A stretch of DNA of 64,000 bases from Methylotenera sp. (GTDB taxonomy: Bacteria; Pseudomonadota; Gammaproteobacteria; Burkholderiales; Methylophilaceae): contig JAKFDL010000023.1 of NCBI GenBank assembly GCA_036676175.1, positions 14,807 to 78,806 of the forward strand. Direction: 5' to 3'. The notes under the pieces were generated by a model, which had not been told where the DNA came from, did no database searches, and worked only from the letters and a program-made list of their open reading frames with translations. Of the stretch, positions 62,511 through 64,000 are shown in pieces. The position numbers and the translations under genes are program-made. How positions within the stretch are numbered: position 1 is the first letter of the stretch; each line of letters begins with the position of its first letter.

Positions 62511-64000
62511 TTAAATTTTAAGGCTTACCCAGTCTTTTACACTTGCCAGAGCTTTGGGTAACTGGCTGGCATCAGTACCGCCCGCCATTGCCATATCCGG
62601 CTTTCCACCACCTTTGCCACCCACTTGGCTCGCCACATGGTTGACCAAATCTCCCGCTTTTAGTTTAGCGATTAAATCTTGGGTTACGCCAGCCGCCAAA
62701 TTCACTTTGCCATCATTCACGCTAGCGAGCACAATCGCAGCAGTTTTAAGCTTGTCCTTTAGTTTATCCATCGTTTCACGCAAGGCGTTAGCGTCAGCGC
62801 CTTCCAGTGTGGCCGCAAGCACTTTTACACCATTAATTTCAATGGCTAGGCTGGACAAGTCGTCCCCTTGGCTGGCGGCGAGTTTCGATTTTAAACGCGT
62901 TAATTCTTTTTCCAGCGAGCTTGCACGGTCGCTTAACTGTGCCACTTTGTTGGTGATTTCACTGCTTGGCGCTTTCAAATCACTCGCCAGTTGGTTGATT
63001 AAGGCTTGTTGCGCGTTAATTAGTTTCAGTGCGCCATTGCCGGTAGTGGCTTCCACGCGGCGCACCCCAGCCGCTACACCGCTTTCGGCGAATATCTTAA
63101 ATAGGCCAATGTCGCCAGTACGTCTAACATGCGTGCCGCCGCATAATTCGCGGCTACTGCCAATATCCAATACACGCACTTCATCGCCATACTTTTCGCC
63201 AAACAACATCATTGCGCCGGTTTTTTGTGCGGATTCAATATCCATGATGCGTGCTTGCGTGGCTTCGTTAGCGAGGATTTCTGCATTCACAATCGCTTCT
63301 ACTTTGGCAATTTCATCATCAGTCATCGGGGCGTTATGTACAAAGTCAAAACGGGTTTTATCGCTATCAACCAAGCTGCCTTTTTGTTGCACATGTTCGC
63401 CTAAAACTTCGCGCAAGGCTTTGTGCATCAAATGCGTGGCAGAATGGTTGCGCACAGTATCTGCTCTAGAAGCCAAATCTACATTGGCCTTTACGGTGTC
63501 GCCTACATTCAGCGTACCTGTTTTTAAAATGCCATGATGCCCAAATACGGCAGCTTGAATCTTCTGTGTATCTTCTACTGCAAAAATACCATTATCACTT
63601 TTAAGGCTACCGCTATCGCCAACTTGACCGCCAGACTCTGCGTAGAACGGGGTAACGTCCAAAACAACGATGCCTTGGTCGCCTTCATTTAAGGTGTTAA
63701 CCGGTGAGCTATCTTTGTAGAGTGCGAGTATTCTTGCACTGGTTTCTAAGGTTTCGTAACCTTTAAAATCAGTGTTGGCACCTGTGTATTCGACATTGGT
63801 AGCGCCTTTAAACTTGCCGGCTGCACGCGCTTGGTCTTTTTGACGCGCCATCGCTGCATCAAACGCTGCCGTATCGACGATGACATCACGTTCGCGACAA
63901 ATGTCAGCGGTTAAATCCAGTGGAAAACCATAGGTGTCATGTAATTTAAATGCAGTTTCACCGTTAAAAATTTGCTTGGTATTAGCAAGCTCTGTTTCCA
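62511..64000 (-). CDS. alaS: Alanyl-tRNA synthetase, 3' portion (5' end beyond the window)
   Basis: [24 protein letters not shown] and [15 protein letters not shown]; upstream codons ([15 protein letters not shown]) continue the frame past the track start. Confidence 0.97.
   Translation of the reverse strand, partial: ETELANTKQIFNGETAFKLHDTYGFPLDLTADICRERDVIVDTAAFDAAMARQKDQARAAGKFKGATNVEYTGANTDFKGYETLETSARILALYKDSSPVNTLNEGDQGIVVLDVTPFYAESGGQVGDSGSLKSDNGIFAVEDTQKIQAAVFGHHGILKTGTLNVGDTVKANVDLASRADTVRNHSATHLMHKALREVLGEHVQQKGSLVDSDKTRFDFVHNAPMTDDEIAKVEAIVNAEILANEATQARIMDIESAQKTGAMMLFGEKYGDEVRVLDIGSSRELCGGTHVRRTGDIGLFKIFAESGVAAGVRRVEATTGNGALKLINAQQALINQLASDLKAPSSEITNKVAQLSDRASSLEKELTRLKSKLAASQGDDLSSLAIEINGVKVLAATLEGADANALRETMDKLKDKLKTAAIVLASVNDGKVNLAAGVTQDLIAKLKAGDLVNHVASQVGGKGGGKPDMAMAGGTDASQLPKALASVKDWVSLKI

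Noticed and set aside
62554-63537. 327-aa plus-strand ORF
   Set aside because: Antisense shadow of alaS with no independent motifs.

Overview
Bacterial chromosomal segment, most likely from a Betaproteobacterium of the Methylophilaceae (Methylotenera-like). The host call is an inference from the AlaS/LysC sequences, an AT-leaning composition, a XoxG-like cytochrome cL and the sps-spp/amylosucrase/fructokinase cluster. Left to right: the 5' end of a divergent cbbR; a tightly packed red-type (form IC-like) Calvin cycle operon (cbbL-cbbS-cbbX-fbp-prk-cbbZ-fba) extended by tpiA and a three-subunit transhydrogenase; cfa, a Kef-type K+ antiporter, YbaK, a CHASE-GGDEF cyclase and a HAD hydrolase; a LysR-controlled iorAB-xdhC/mocA molybdoenzyme locus; ndvB plus a phosphoglycerol-transferase-like gene; several small stress-type genes; a xanthomonadin-type aryl polyene cluster split into two convergent arms around a cytochrome cL gene; a stress islet (CsbD-like, small membrane peptide, katE, AsmA); a sucrose cluster; a TAXI-type protein; tRNA-Arg and tRNA-Ser; lysC; and the 3' part of alaS. 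No integrase, transposase, CRISPR array or rRNA was seen. The strongest candidate for something new is an intact, regulated Calvin cycle plus transhydrogenase operon in a lineage classically described as RuMP-pathway methylotrophs. Recurrent upstream motifs suggest at least two unannotated regulons.
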